Assembly (NCBI GenBank): GCA_003220535.1
Contig: QHSU01000087.1
Span: forward strand, 3,273-67,272
DNA: 64,000 bases
Source of the DNA: Candidatus Rokuibacteriota bacterium
GTDB taxonomy: Bacteria; Methylomirabilota; Methylomirabilia; Rokubacteriales; CSP1-6
Direction of reading: 5' to 3'
Under the pieces are notes generated by a model. It did no database searches. It saw only the letters and a list, made by a program, of their open reading frames with translations, and was not told the DNA's origin. Position numbers and translations under genes: made by a program. Below are positions 25,165-34,623 of the stretch, piece by piece; the first letter of the stretch is position 1; every line of letters starts with the position of its first letter.

Positions 25165-27128
25165 GGGGCCGCCTGCGCGGAGGAGACGTCGTGGATTCTC
25201 ACGTCCGCGCGCATCATGCCGGAGCGGCCGTCCTCGTAGGTCACCTTCGCCTCGACCTGGACACGGTCCCGCCCGGAATAGAGCGCCTCGATGAGCGGCG
25301 CGTACTTCTGCGCGATGTACCCGCGACGCACCTTTCGGGTCCGCGTGATCTCCTCGTCGTCCGGATCCAGCTCCTTGTGCAGGATCAGGAATCGCCGGAT
25401 CTGCGCCCCGCGCAGGACCTCGTCCTCGGCGAGGCTTCGGTTCACGCGCTCCACTTCACCCTGGATCAGCGCGTAGACCTCCGCCTTCTGGGCCAGGTCG
25501 GTGTAGCTCGTGTATGCAATGTTCCGGCGCTCCGCCCAGTTCCCGACGGCCGTGAGATCGATGTTGATGAACGCCGTCACGCACGGCCGCCCCTGACCGA
25601 TGCAGACGGCCTCGCGGACGTAGGGCGAGAACTTGAGCTTGTTCTCGAGAAACTTGGGGGCGAACATCGTCCCGTCGGCCAGGTGGCTCACGTCCTTTGC
25701 CCGGTCGATGATCTTCAGGTGGCCGTCCCCGTCGAGGAAGCCGGCGTCGCCCGAGCGGATCCAGCCGTCCTCGAGCGTCTGGCGCGTGGCGTCGGGGTTC
25801 TTGGCATAGCCCTGAAAGACGCCCGGACTGCGAAAGAGCACTTCTCCTTCGTTCGAGATGCGGATCTCGACGCCGGTGATCGGCGTCCCCACGGTGTCGA
25901 GCCGGACGTCACCGTCCCGCTGGATGGTGACGAACACGCTGGCCTCGGTCATGCCGTAGAGCTGCTTGACGTTGACGCCCAGCCCGCGGAAGAAGAGGAA
26001 GATCTCTGGGCCGATCGCCTCGCCGGCCGTGTACGCGCGGCGCACGCGCGACAGGCCGAGATTGTCCTTCAGCGGACCGTACACGAGGAGGCTCCCCAAT
26101 GGATAGAGGAGCCGCTGCCAGAGGGGAATCGCTTGCCGGCCGAGCCGCTTGCGCTCGATGTCCTGCGCCAGGCGCAGGAAGAAATGGACGATCGCGCGCT
26201 TGGGCCGCGCGGCGTCCTCGACCCGGACCATGACTCCGGTCAGGATGCTCTCCCAGATACGGGGCGGGCCGAAGAAGTAGGTCGGGGCGATCTCCTTCAG
26301 GTCGGCGAGGACGGTCGCCGCGCTCTCCGGGCAGTTGATCGCGAACCCCACAACGATCGCCTGCGCGTAGGAAAAGATGTGGTCGCCGACCCACGCCATC
26401 GGCAGGTACGAGAGCACGTCCTCGTCCTCGCGGAGCCCCTCGAAGAGGGCCGCGTTGCGCGCCGTCGCGATCAGGTTCCGGTGCGAGAGCATGGCGCCCT
26501 TCGGCGTCCCCGTCGTGCCCGACGTGTAACAGATGATGGCGATGTCGTCCGCGGTGCCCCTGGCGACCTCGTCGTCGAAGTACGTCGGGTGGCCTACCTC
26601 GAACTTCCTTCCGAGTTCGCGCAGCTCGGCCAGGCTCACCAGACCCGGCTCGCCGTAGGCGCGCATGCCGCGCGGATCGTCGTACACGACGTGCTGGAGG
26701 TACGGGCAGCGGGCCCGCACGCCGAGGAGCTTGTCCACCTGCTCCTGGTCCTCGACGACGGCGAACCGGGCCTCGGCGTGATCGATGATGTACTCCATCT
26801 CTTTCTCGATGGAGTCCTGGTAGATCGGCACGGGAATGCCGCCCAGAGCCTGAACGGCCATCACCGCCCAGTAGAGCTGGGGCCGGTTGTCTCCGACGAT
26901 CGCGACCCGCTCGCCGCGCGCGAAGCCGAGCGACCCGAGGCCGATTGCGATGAGGCGGGCCTCCTCGAAGTACTGGGACCACGTGGACGCCTGCCAGATC
27001 CCGAGGTCTTTTTCCCGGATCGCGACCTTGTTCCCGAGGCGGCGCGCGTTGAGTCGAACGAGCTTCGGAAACGTGTCGAGCTGAGGGTCGAGTGCCAGAG
27101 CGTCGTTGCTCTTCGCGACAGCCTCCAA
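25161..27128 (-). CDS. long-chain-type AMP-dependent acyl-CoA synthetase, first gene of module B
   Basis: 655 aa with a TTG start preceded by GGAGG. It has ICYTSGTTGTPKGAMLSH and GWIRSGDAG. Paralog of 17182-19101. Confidence 0.9.
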   Translation of the reverse strand: MEAVAKSNDALALDPQLDTFPKLVRLNARRLGNKVAIREKDLGIWQASTWSQYFEEARLIAIGLGSLGFARGERVAIVGDNRPQLYWAVMAVQALGGIPVPIYQDSIEKEMEYIIDHAEARFAVVEDQEQVDKLLGVRARCPYLQHVVYDDPRGMRAYGEPGLVSLAELRELGRKFEVGHPTYFDDEVARGTADDIAIICYTSGTTGTPKGAMLSHRNLIATARNAALFEGLREDEDVLSYLPMAWVGDHIFSYAQAIVVGFAINCPESAATVLADLKEIAPTYFFGPPRIWESILTGVMVRVEDAARPKRAIVHFFLRLAQDIERKRLGRQAIPLWQRLLYPLGSLLVYGPLKDNLGLSRVRRAYTAGEAIGPEIFLFFRGLGVNVKQLYGMTEASVFVTIQRDGDVRLDTVGTPITGVEIRISNEGEVLFRSPGVFQGYAKNPDATRQTLEDGWIRSGDAGFLDGDGHLKIIDRAKDVSHLADGTMFAPKFLENKLKFSPYVREAVCIGQGRPCVTAFINIDLTAVGNWAERRNIAYTSYTDLAQKAEVYALIQGEVERVNRSLAEDEVLRGAQIRRFLILHKELDPDDEEITRTRKVRRGYIAQKYAPLIEALYSGRDRVQVEAKVTYEDGRSGMMRADVRIHDVSSAQAAP

Positions 27129-27256
27129 ATCGCCTCCGCGACGGTCGGTCGTACTCGCCCCTCACGACATGGGCAGGGCCGAACGGAGCCGGGGCCGTAT
27201 CTGTCTCAGGCTACCTTCAGTTGAAGCCGGGTTCATGGCCTCGATACGGTGGCGAG

Positions 27257-27285
27257 AGTCTAGCTAACTGCTCGGGTCGTGTCAA
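27257..27285 (-). promoter_or_regulatory. candidate sigma70-type promoter for the 27.1-to-8.5 kb minus-strand gene run
   Basis: The minus strand reads TTGACA (27285-27280), a 17-nt spacer, then TAGACT (27262-27257). It lies in a locally AT-richer gap about 120 nt upstream of the ligase start. Confidence 0.45.
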
Positions 27286-27355
27286 GAAATTGTGCCGGAA
27301 TAACACGAACTTACGACACGTCGTCTCTCCCTGAGGAACGTAGAGGTGCGCCGAG

Positions 27356-28750
27356 CTACTTCGCCGGGCCCTCGATCAGGGGCAGGCAGAAATAGAGGAC
27401 GAAGGCCGCGCAGGCGAGGTAGACCATCCAGTGGAGCTCGCGGCCCCGGCCGCGGAGAAGCTTGATCGCAGCGTAGGTGACGAACCCGGCTCCGATCCCA
27501 TTGGTGATCGACCAGGTGAACGGCATCACCAGCATCGTCATGAAGGCGGGAATGGCCTCTTCGTAGTCGTCCCACGGGATCTCGCGCGCGATCCCCATCA
27601 TGAAGAACCCGACGATGATCAGGGCCGGCGCCGTCGCCTGGGCCGGGATGACGCTGGCCAGCGGCGAAAAGAACATCGCGGCCAGGAAGAGCACGCCCGT
27701 CACCACGGAGGCGAGGCCGGTCCGGGCGCCGTCGGCCACGCCGGCGGCGGATTCGATGTAAGTCGTGTTGCTGCTGCTGTTCGCGAGGCCGCCGAACATG
27801 GCCCCGAGGGAGTCGACCAGCAGCACACGATTGGCGCGCGGCAGCCGGCCCTGAGCGTCGAGGAAGCCGCCACGGCCCCCCACGCCGATGATCGTGCCCA
27901 TCGTGTCGAAGAAGTCGCTCAGCATGATCGAGAAGGTCACGAGGACGGCGGTAACGATCCCGAGCGTCGCGAAGAACCCGAAATCGAGGTGGCCGAACGT
28001 CGAGAAGTCGGGCGCCTGAACGATCGCCGGCGGGACCCGGGCCGCACCGGGTGTCGCGAAGCCCTGGCCGCCGGCGACGAGCTCGTTGAGCAGGACGGCG
28101 ATCACGGTCGTCCCCAGGATGCCGATGAGCAGGGCGCCGCGCGTCCGGCGCGCCATGAGCCAGGCGGTGAGGAAGAATCCGATCAGGAAGATCACGATCG
28201 GCAGGCCGCGGAACGTCCCGAGCCCGACCGGCAAGGGGCCCGCCGCGGGCTTCACGACCAGACCCGAGGTGAAGAAGCCGATGAAGGCGATGAAGAGGCC
28301 GATGCCGACACTGATCGCGCGCTTGAGCCCGATCGGGACGGCGTTCATGATCGCTCCCCGGAAGCGCGTCAGCACGAGCAGCGTGATGGCCAGCCCCTCG
28401 AGGAACACGACCGTCATCGCCTGCGGCCACGTGAGCCCGCGGCCGGCGACCAGCTCGAAGGCGACGACCGCGTTGAGGCCCATCCCGGCCGCGAGCGCAA
28501 ACGGGTAGTTGCTGACGAGCCCCATCGCGATCGAAAGAAGGCCCGCGGAGAGACACGTAACGGTGAGCGTCGCGCCGAACGGCAACCCCTTGCCGGCGAG
28601 TCCCGGCACGCCCGTGAACCCGAGGATGATCGGATTCACGAAGATGATGTAGGCCATCACCATGAATGTCGTGAGCCCCGCGCGGACCTCGGTCGCGAGA
28701 TCCGTCGAGCGTTCCCTGAAACCGAAGTAGCGGGAGAGGAGCCCGGCCAT
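27356..28750 (-). CDS. NCS2-family purine permease (adenine/guanine/hypoxanthine, AzgA/PbuG-like)
   Basis: 464 aa. RSTDLATEVRAGLTTFMVMAYIIFVNP is the typical N-terminus of this family. About 12-13 hydrophobic segments. Confidence 0.9.
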   Translation of the reverse strand: MAGLLSRYFGFRERSTDLATEVRAGLTTFMVMAYIIFVNPIILGFTGVPGLAGKGLPFGATLTVTCLSAGLLSIAMGLVSNYPFALAAGMGLNAVVAFELVAGRGLTWPQAMTVVFLEGLAITLLVLTRFRGAIMNAVPIGLKRAISVGIGLFIAFIGFFTSGLVVKPAAGPLPVGLGTFRGLPIVIFLIGFFLTAWLMARRTRGALLIGILGTTVIAVLLNELVAGGQGFATPGAARVPPAIVQAPDFSTFGHLDFGFFATLGIVTAVLVTFSIMLSDFFDTMGTIIGVGGRGGFLDAQGRLPRANRVLLVDSLGAMFGGLANSSSNTTYIESAAGVADGARTGLASVVTGVLFLAAMFFSPLASVIPAQATAPALIIVGFFMMGIAREIPWDDYEEAIPAFMTMLVMPFTWSITNGIGAGFVTYAAIKLLRGRGRELHWMVYLACAAFVLYFCLPLIEGPAK

Positions 28751-28997
28751 CTGCCGGGTGGGAGTCTACATCGAACGAAGAGCTATCGGTAGTCCCGTTG
28801 CGGATCGAACGCGGGTCCGAGGCTGACCTCCGGCGGATCCACCTGTTCGGCCGCGTCCTTGCCTTCCTGGAAGACACGCCGCAGCAGGTCGTCGACGCCC
28901 GCGATCGTGGGCTGGCGCAGCGCCGGGGGGTTCTCGCCGGTTGCCACCACCGAGGCGGGCACGAGCGCCAGGGCCAGGGCGAGGCGCGTCCCGGTCT

Positions 28998-29798
28998 TTA
29001 TCTTCGGAACTTCTTGAAGTCGACCGGGCGCTTCTCGACGAACGCGTTGCGACCCTCCATCGCCTCATCCGTCTGGTAATAAAGGCCGAGCGCCGTGTGA
29101 GCGAACTGCGCCACGCCGGCCCGCAGCTCGGAGTCGACGTTGAATGACTGCTTGGCGAGCGCCAGCGCGGTCGGGCTCTTGTCGAGGAGCTCGGCGCACC
29201 ACTTCTCCACCTCGGTGCGGAGGTCCTTGAGCGGCACCACCCGGTTGACGAGCCCCATCGCGAGCGCCTCTTGAGCCGAGTACTGGCGGCAGAGGTACCA
29301 GATCTCCCGCGCCTTCTTTTCGCCGACGACCCGCGCGAGGAACCCCGTGCCGTGGCCCGCGTCCACGCTGCCGACGCGGGGTCCGGTCTGGCCGAAGACC
29401 GCGTTCTCGGAGGCGATCGAGAGGTCACAGAGCACGTGCAGCACGTGGCCGCCGCCGATCGCGAAGCCGTTGACCATCGCGATGACGGGCTTCGGGATGT
29501 GGCGGATCGCGCTGTGCAGCGCCTCGACGTCCATCGGCCGCGTGGCTCCGGTGCCTTCGGCGCCGGGGGCGTAGCCGCCCTGGCCCCGCTCTTTCTGGTC
29601 GCCGCCGGAGCAGAACGCCTTGTCTCCGGCGCCCGTGAGCACGACGACACCGACGGACCGATCCCAGCGCGCGTCCAGGAACGCGTCGGTCAGCTCCGCC
29701 ACCGTCGCCGTGCGGAAGGCGTTGCGCACCTCGGGCCGGTTGATCGTGATCCAGGCGACGCTGTCCTTCTTCTCGTAGAGGATGTCCGTATACGCCAT
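28998..29798 (-). CDS. MenB/BadI-family crotonase (dihydroxynaphthoyl-CoA synthase / 2-ketocyclohexanecarboxyl-CoA hydrolase type)
   Basis: 266 aa. It has [38 protein letters not shown] and [23 protein letters not shown] cannot separate MenB from BadI by eye. Confidence 0.8.
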   Translation of the reverse strand: MAYTDILYEKKDSVAWITINRPEVRNAFRTATVAELTDAFLDARWDRSVGVVVLTGAGDKAFCSGGDQKERGQGGYAPGAEGTGATRPMDVEALHSAIRHIPKPVIAMVNGFAIGGGHVLHVLCDLSIASENAVFGQTGPRVGSVDAGHGTGFLARVVGEKKAREIWYLCRQYSAQEALAMGLVNRVVPLKDLRTEVEKWCAELLDKSPTALALAKQSFNVDSELRAGVAQFAHTALGLYYQTDEAMEGRNAFVEKRPVDFKKFRR

Positions 29799-29813
29799 GG
29801 GGCCTCCGACCGG

Positions 29814-30791
29814 CTAGAGCGCTTTTCGCAGCAGGTTGCCCAGCTCGCCGATGACACCGCGACGGAAGGTCAGGACGCAGACGACGAAGATCGCCCCCTG
29901 AACGACGGTGACCCACGCGCCGAGCTGCGCCAGATAGTTCTCGAGCGTCACCACGATGAACGCGCCGACCACCGGCCCGAACACCGTGCCGAGGCCGCCC
30001 AGCAGCGTCATGAGCACCACCTCGCCCGACATCGTCCAATGGACGTCGGTGAGGGACGCGAGCTGGAAGACGAGTGCCTTCGTCGCCCCGGCGAGGCCTG
30101 CGAACGTGGCCGAGAGCACGAACGCGAGCAGCTTGTACTGCTCGGCCCGGTAGCCGAGCGAGATCGCCCGGGGCTCGTTCTCCCGGATGGCCTTCAGGAC
30201 CTGGCCGAACGGCGAGTGGATCGCGCGGTAGATCAGGAGGAACCCGACGAGAAAGATCGCCAGCACGACGAAGTAGAGCGTCAGCGTCTCTCTGAGGTCG
30301 AGCACCCCCAGGAGCGTGCCCCGCGGCACCGACTGGATGCCGTCCTCGCCGCCGGTGAAAGAGGCCTGCAGGCTGAAGAAGTAGACCATCTGCGCGAAGG
30401 CGAGCGTGATGTTCGCGAAGTAGATGCCCTTGCTCCGGATCGCGAGCGCGCCGATGACGACTCCGAGCGCGGCCGCGACCGCGGTCCCGAAGCTGATCGC
30501 CAGCTCCGGCGGAAACCCCCAGATCTTCGCGGAGTGCGCCGCGCCATAGCCGGCCGCGCCCAGAAAGACGGCGTGGCCGAACGAGAGGAGCCCGACGTAG
30601 CCGATGAGGAGGTTGAACGCGCAGGCGAACAAGGCGAAGCAGAGCGCCTTCATGAGGAAGACCGGGTACACGAAGAACGGCGCCGCCACGAGCGCGGCCG
30701 TCATCACCACGAAGGCGACGAGCTGGTGGATCGACACCCCCGTCATCGCGGGGACAGCCGAGCCCACGTACTCGTTCGCCGTCGCCGTCAC
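29814..30791 (-). CDS. Liv-type ABC permease (LivM-like), module C
   Basis: Trimmed from the 557-aa track ORF. GTG 30791 overlaps the livH-like TGA (GTGA). The alternative start is ATG 30746 (MTGVSIHQ...). Confidence 0.8.
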   Translation of the reverse strand: MTATANEYVGSAVPAMTGVSIHQLVAFVVMTAALVAAPFFVYPVFLMKALCFALFACAFNLLIGYVGLLSFGHAVFLGAAGYGAAHSAKIWGFPPELAISFGTAVAAALGVVIGALAIRSKGIYFANITLAFAQMVYFFSLQASFTGGEDGIQSVPRGTLLGVLDLRETLTLYFVVLAIFLVGFLLIYRAIHSPFGQVLKAIRENEPRAISLGYRAEQYKLLAFVLSATFAGLAGATKALVFQLASLTDVHWTMSGEVVLMTLLGGLGTVFGPVVGAFIVVTLENYLAQLGAWVTVVQGAIFVVCVLTFRRGVIGELGNLLRKAL

Positions 30792-31672
30792 GTGGTCCGC
30801 CCGAAGAGGCCCGCGGGCCTCACCAGCAGTACGAGCGCCATGATGACGAAGATCACCGTGTTGGACGCCTCGGGATAGAAGACCTTGGTGAAGCCCTCGA
30901 CTACGCCGAGGGCGAAGCCCGTGACGATCGAGCCCATGATCGAGCCGAGGCCGCCGATCACGACCACCGCGAAGACGACGATGATGAGGTCGGCGCCCAT
31001 GAGCGGGTTCACCTGGTAGATCGGCGCCGCCAGCACGCCCGCCAGCGCCGCGAGGCCGACGCCGAACCCGTAGGTCAGCGTGATCATCCGGGGCACGTTG
31101 ATCCCGAACGCCTGGACGAGCGCCGGGTTCTCGGTCGCGGCGCGCAGGTACGACCCCAGGCGCGTCCGCTCGATCACGTACCAGGTCGTGAGGCAAACCA
31201 CGAGCGAGAAGACGATGACCCAGGCGCGGTAGTTCGGCAGGAACATGAAGCCGAGATTCCGGCCGCCGGCGAGCTCTCGCGGCATCGCATAGGGCAGCCC
31301 GGAAGAGCCGTACTCGTGGCGGAACAGACCCTGGATGATCAGCGCGAAGCCGAACGTCAGCAGGAGGCCGTAGAGGTGATCGAGCTGGTAGAGGCGCTTG
31401 AGCATCGTGCGCTCGAGCACGATGCCGGTGATCCCCACGACGATCGGGGCCAGGAGGAGCGCCCACCAGTAGCCGAGCCCCGCCCACTGCAAGAGGAAGT
31501 ACGCCACGAACGCGCCCATCATGTACTGCGCGCCGTGCGTGAAGTTGATGATGTTGAGCAGTCCGAAGATGACCGAGAGCCCCAGACTCAACAGGGCGTA
31601 GAACGCGCCGTTGATCAGTCCGATCAGCAGCTGCCCGAACAACGCCTGTGTCGGCACCCCGAAGATCGTCAC
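30788..31672 (-). CDS. Liv-type ABC permease (LivH-like), module C
   Basis: 294 aa with a GTG start. It has LLIGLINGAFYALLSLGLSVIFGLLNIINFTHGA. Confidence 0.9.
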   Translation of the reverse strand: MTIFGVPTQALFGQLLIGLINGAFYALLSLGLSVIFGLLNIINFTHGAQYMMGAFVAYFLLQWAGLGYWWALLLAPIVVGITGIVLERTMLKRLYQLDHLYGLLLTFGFALIIQGLFRHEYGSSGLPYAMPRELAGGRNLGFMFLPNYRAWVIVFSLVVCLTTWYVIERTRLGSYLRAATENPALVQAFGINVPRMITLTYGFGVGLAALAGVLAAPIYQVNPLMGADLIIVVFAVVVIGGLGSIMGSIVTGFALGVVEGFTKVFYPEASNTVIFVIMALVLLVRPAGLFGRTT

Positions 31673-31718
31673 GATGGCCTACGCTGCGACGGCCGTGGCT
31701 GGATCAAGGTGGGGAGGG

Positions 31719-31910
31719 GTAGACACAGAGTCGTTGTGACAGGGCTGGGGGCGGAGTGCGAGAGGGGTGCGCCGACCCGTTCCCTTCATGCGAACGCCGT
31801 GCGCGACGCTTCCAGATGGAGCCCAGACGCGAAGGGCCATGCGCACGCGTGCCGCGTGGTCGGCGCACCCCTCTCGCACTCCGCCCCCAGCCCGGCCGCA
31901 ACGTGTCTAC
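31719..31910. repeat. palindromic intercistronic element, copy 5
   Basis: The 36-nt arms at 31742-31777 and 31858-31893 are complementary at 36/36 positions. An outer GTAGACAC/GTGTCTAC pair (31719-31726 / 31903-31910) overlaps the stop codon of the binding-protein gene. Core blocks are on the plus strand (variant CCAGATGGAGCCCAGAC). Confidence 0.9.
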
Positions 31911-33121
31911 TTCTTCACCAACTCGCAGCCGCCCTGATCGAGCGGCCGGAATGCCTGCTCGGCCGGGATGGTCGCTCGGATCTTGTAGTAGTCCCACGGG
32001 TACTTCGACTCGGCCGGCTTCTTCACCTCAACCAGATATGCCGGATGGATCTTGCGGCCATCGATGCGGACCGTCCCCTTGCCGAAGAGCGGGTCGTCGG
32101 TCGGCAGCTCCTTCATCTTGGCGATGACCTTGGCGCCCTCGTCGCTCTTGAGCGCTTCGACGGCCTTCAGGTAGTGCAACGTCCCGGCGTAGACGCCGGC
32201 GTGGATCATCGTGGGATGGATCCCACGGTTTCGCTCGGCGAAACGTTTGGCGAACGCGCGCGTTTTCTCGTTCAGGTCCCAGTAGAAGGTCTCGGTGAAG
32301 GTCAGTCCCTGAGCCTTCTCGAGGCCGAGCGCGTGCACGTCGGTCAGGAAGACCAGGAGTCCCGCGAAGGTCTGGCCGCCCTTCACGATACCGAACTCGG
32401 CGCCCTGCTTGATGGCGTTGGTGGTGTCGCCGCCGGCGTTGGCCAGGCCGATGATCTTGGCCTTGGAGGCCTGCGCCTGGAGCAGGAACGACGAGAAGTC
32501 CTGCGTGTTGAGCGGATGGCGGACCTTGCCCAGCACCTTGCCGCCGTTCCGGAGGACGACCGCCTCGACGTCGCGCTCGAGGGCGTGGCCGAACGCGTAG
32601 TCGGCGGTGATGAAGAACCAGGTGTCGCCGCCGGTCTTCACGACCGCGTTGCCGGTGCCGTTGGCGAGCGCCCACGTGTCGTACGTCCAGTGGATCGTGT
32701 TGGGCGAGCACGCCTTGCCGGTGAGGTCGGACGTCGCGGCGGAGGAGACGATGAACGCCTTGCCCTTGTCGCGGGTGATCTGGTTGACGGCCAGCGCGAC
32801 GCCCGAGTTGGGCACGTCGAGGATGAGGTCGACCTTCTCGGCGTCGTACCACTGGCGGGCAATCTGTGAGCCGACGTCGGCCTTGTTCTGGTGATCGGCG
32901 AACACGATCTCGACCTTCAGTCCCCTGGCGGCGGCGCCGGAGTCCTCGACGGCCATCCGCGCCGCGACGACCGAGCCCTGACCGGCCAGGTCGGCGTAGA
33001 GGCTCGACTGGTCGTTGAGGACTCCGATCTTGACGACGCCGTCGGAGATCTGCGCCTGCGCCGGACCCACGGCCAGGCTGAGCGCGACGATGAGGAATGT
33101 CAGGACGCGTACGATGATCAT
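31907..33121 (-). CDS. Liv-type ABC substrate-binding protein, module C
   Basis: 404 aa. Signal peptide MIIVRVLTFLIVALSLAVGPAQA, followed by a type-1 periplasmic binding fold (VKIGVLNDQSSLYADLAGQG). Confidence 0.85.
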   Translation of the reverse strand: MIIVRVLTFLIVALSLAVGPAQAQISDGVVKIGVLNDQSSLYADLAGQGSVVAARMAVEDSGAAARGLKVEIVFADHQNKADVGSQIARQWYDAEKVDLILDVPNSGVALAVNQITRDKGKAFIVSSAATSDLTGKACSPNTIHWTYDTWALANGTGNAVVKTGGDTWFFITADYAFGHALERDVEAVVLRNGGKVLGKVRHPLNTQDFSSFLLQAQASKAKIIGLANAGGDTTNAIKQGAEFGIVKGGQTFAGLLVFLTDVHALGLEKAQGLTFTETFYWDLNEKTRAFAKRFAERNRGIHPTMIHAGVYAGTLHYLKAVEALKSDEGAKVIAKMKELPTDDPLFGKGTVRIDGRKIHPAYLVEVKKPAESKYPWDYYKIRATIPAEQAFRPLDQGGCELVKK

Positions 33122-33169
33122 GCTCTCGGCTCCTTCGTCTATCGGCGCGCGGTGGCGGCCGTCCCGGGA

Positions 33170-33866
<697 letters not shown>

Positions 33867-33874
<8 letters not shown>

Positions 33875-34622
33875 GGCCCGATCCCATGTAGGCCTGGATC
33901 ACGTCCGGGTCCCGCGCCACGCTGCGGTAGTCGCCCTCCGCCAGCACCTCGCCGCGCGCCAGGACCGTGATGGTGTCCGAGAGATTCTCGACCACGCTGA
34001 GGTTGTGCTCGACCATCAGGACCGTGCGGTTCGCGGCGACGCGCTTGATCAGGGCCGAGATGCGCTCCACGTCCTCGTGCGCCATGCCGGCGGTCGGCTC
34101 GTCGAGCAGCATCATCTCGGGGTCGAGCGCCAGCGTGGTCGCGATCTCCAGGGCGCGCTTGCGGCCGTACGGCAGCTCGACCGCGGGCGTGCGCCCGAAC
34201 GGCGCCAGGCCCACCGCCTCGATCAGCTCGAGGGCGCGGCCGTTCAGGCCGGCGAGCACGCGCTCCGGCCGCCAGAAGTCGAACGAGGCGCCGCGCTTGC
34301 GCTGCAGCGCGACCCGCACGTTCTCCAGCACCGAGAGGTGGGGGAACACGGCCGAGATCTGGAACGAGCGCACGAGGCCCAGCCGGGCGATGTCGGCGGG
34401 CCGCGACCCCGTGATCTCGCGACCGTTGAAGCGGATGCGCCCGCGCGTCGGCGTGAGGAAATGGGTCAACAAATTAAAGCAGGTCGTTTTTCCGGCGCCG
34501 TTGGGGCCGATGAGCGCGTGGATCGTCCCGCGGCGCACGCGCAGCCGCACGTCCTTCACCGCCACGAACCCGCGAAATTCCTTTGTGAGCCCGTCGGTCT
34601 CGAGGATGACGTCGCCCGCCAT
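33867..34622 (-). CDS. Liv-type ABC importer ATPase (LivG-like), module C
   Basis: 251 aa. It has GPNGAGKTT, LPYGRKRALEIATTL and MLLDEPTAG. Confidence 0.9.
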
Positions 34623-34623
34623 C

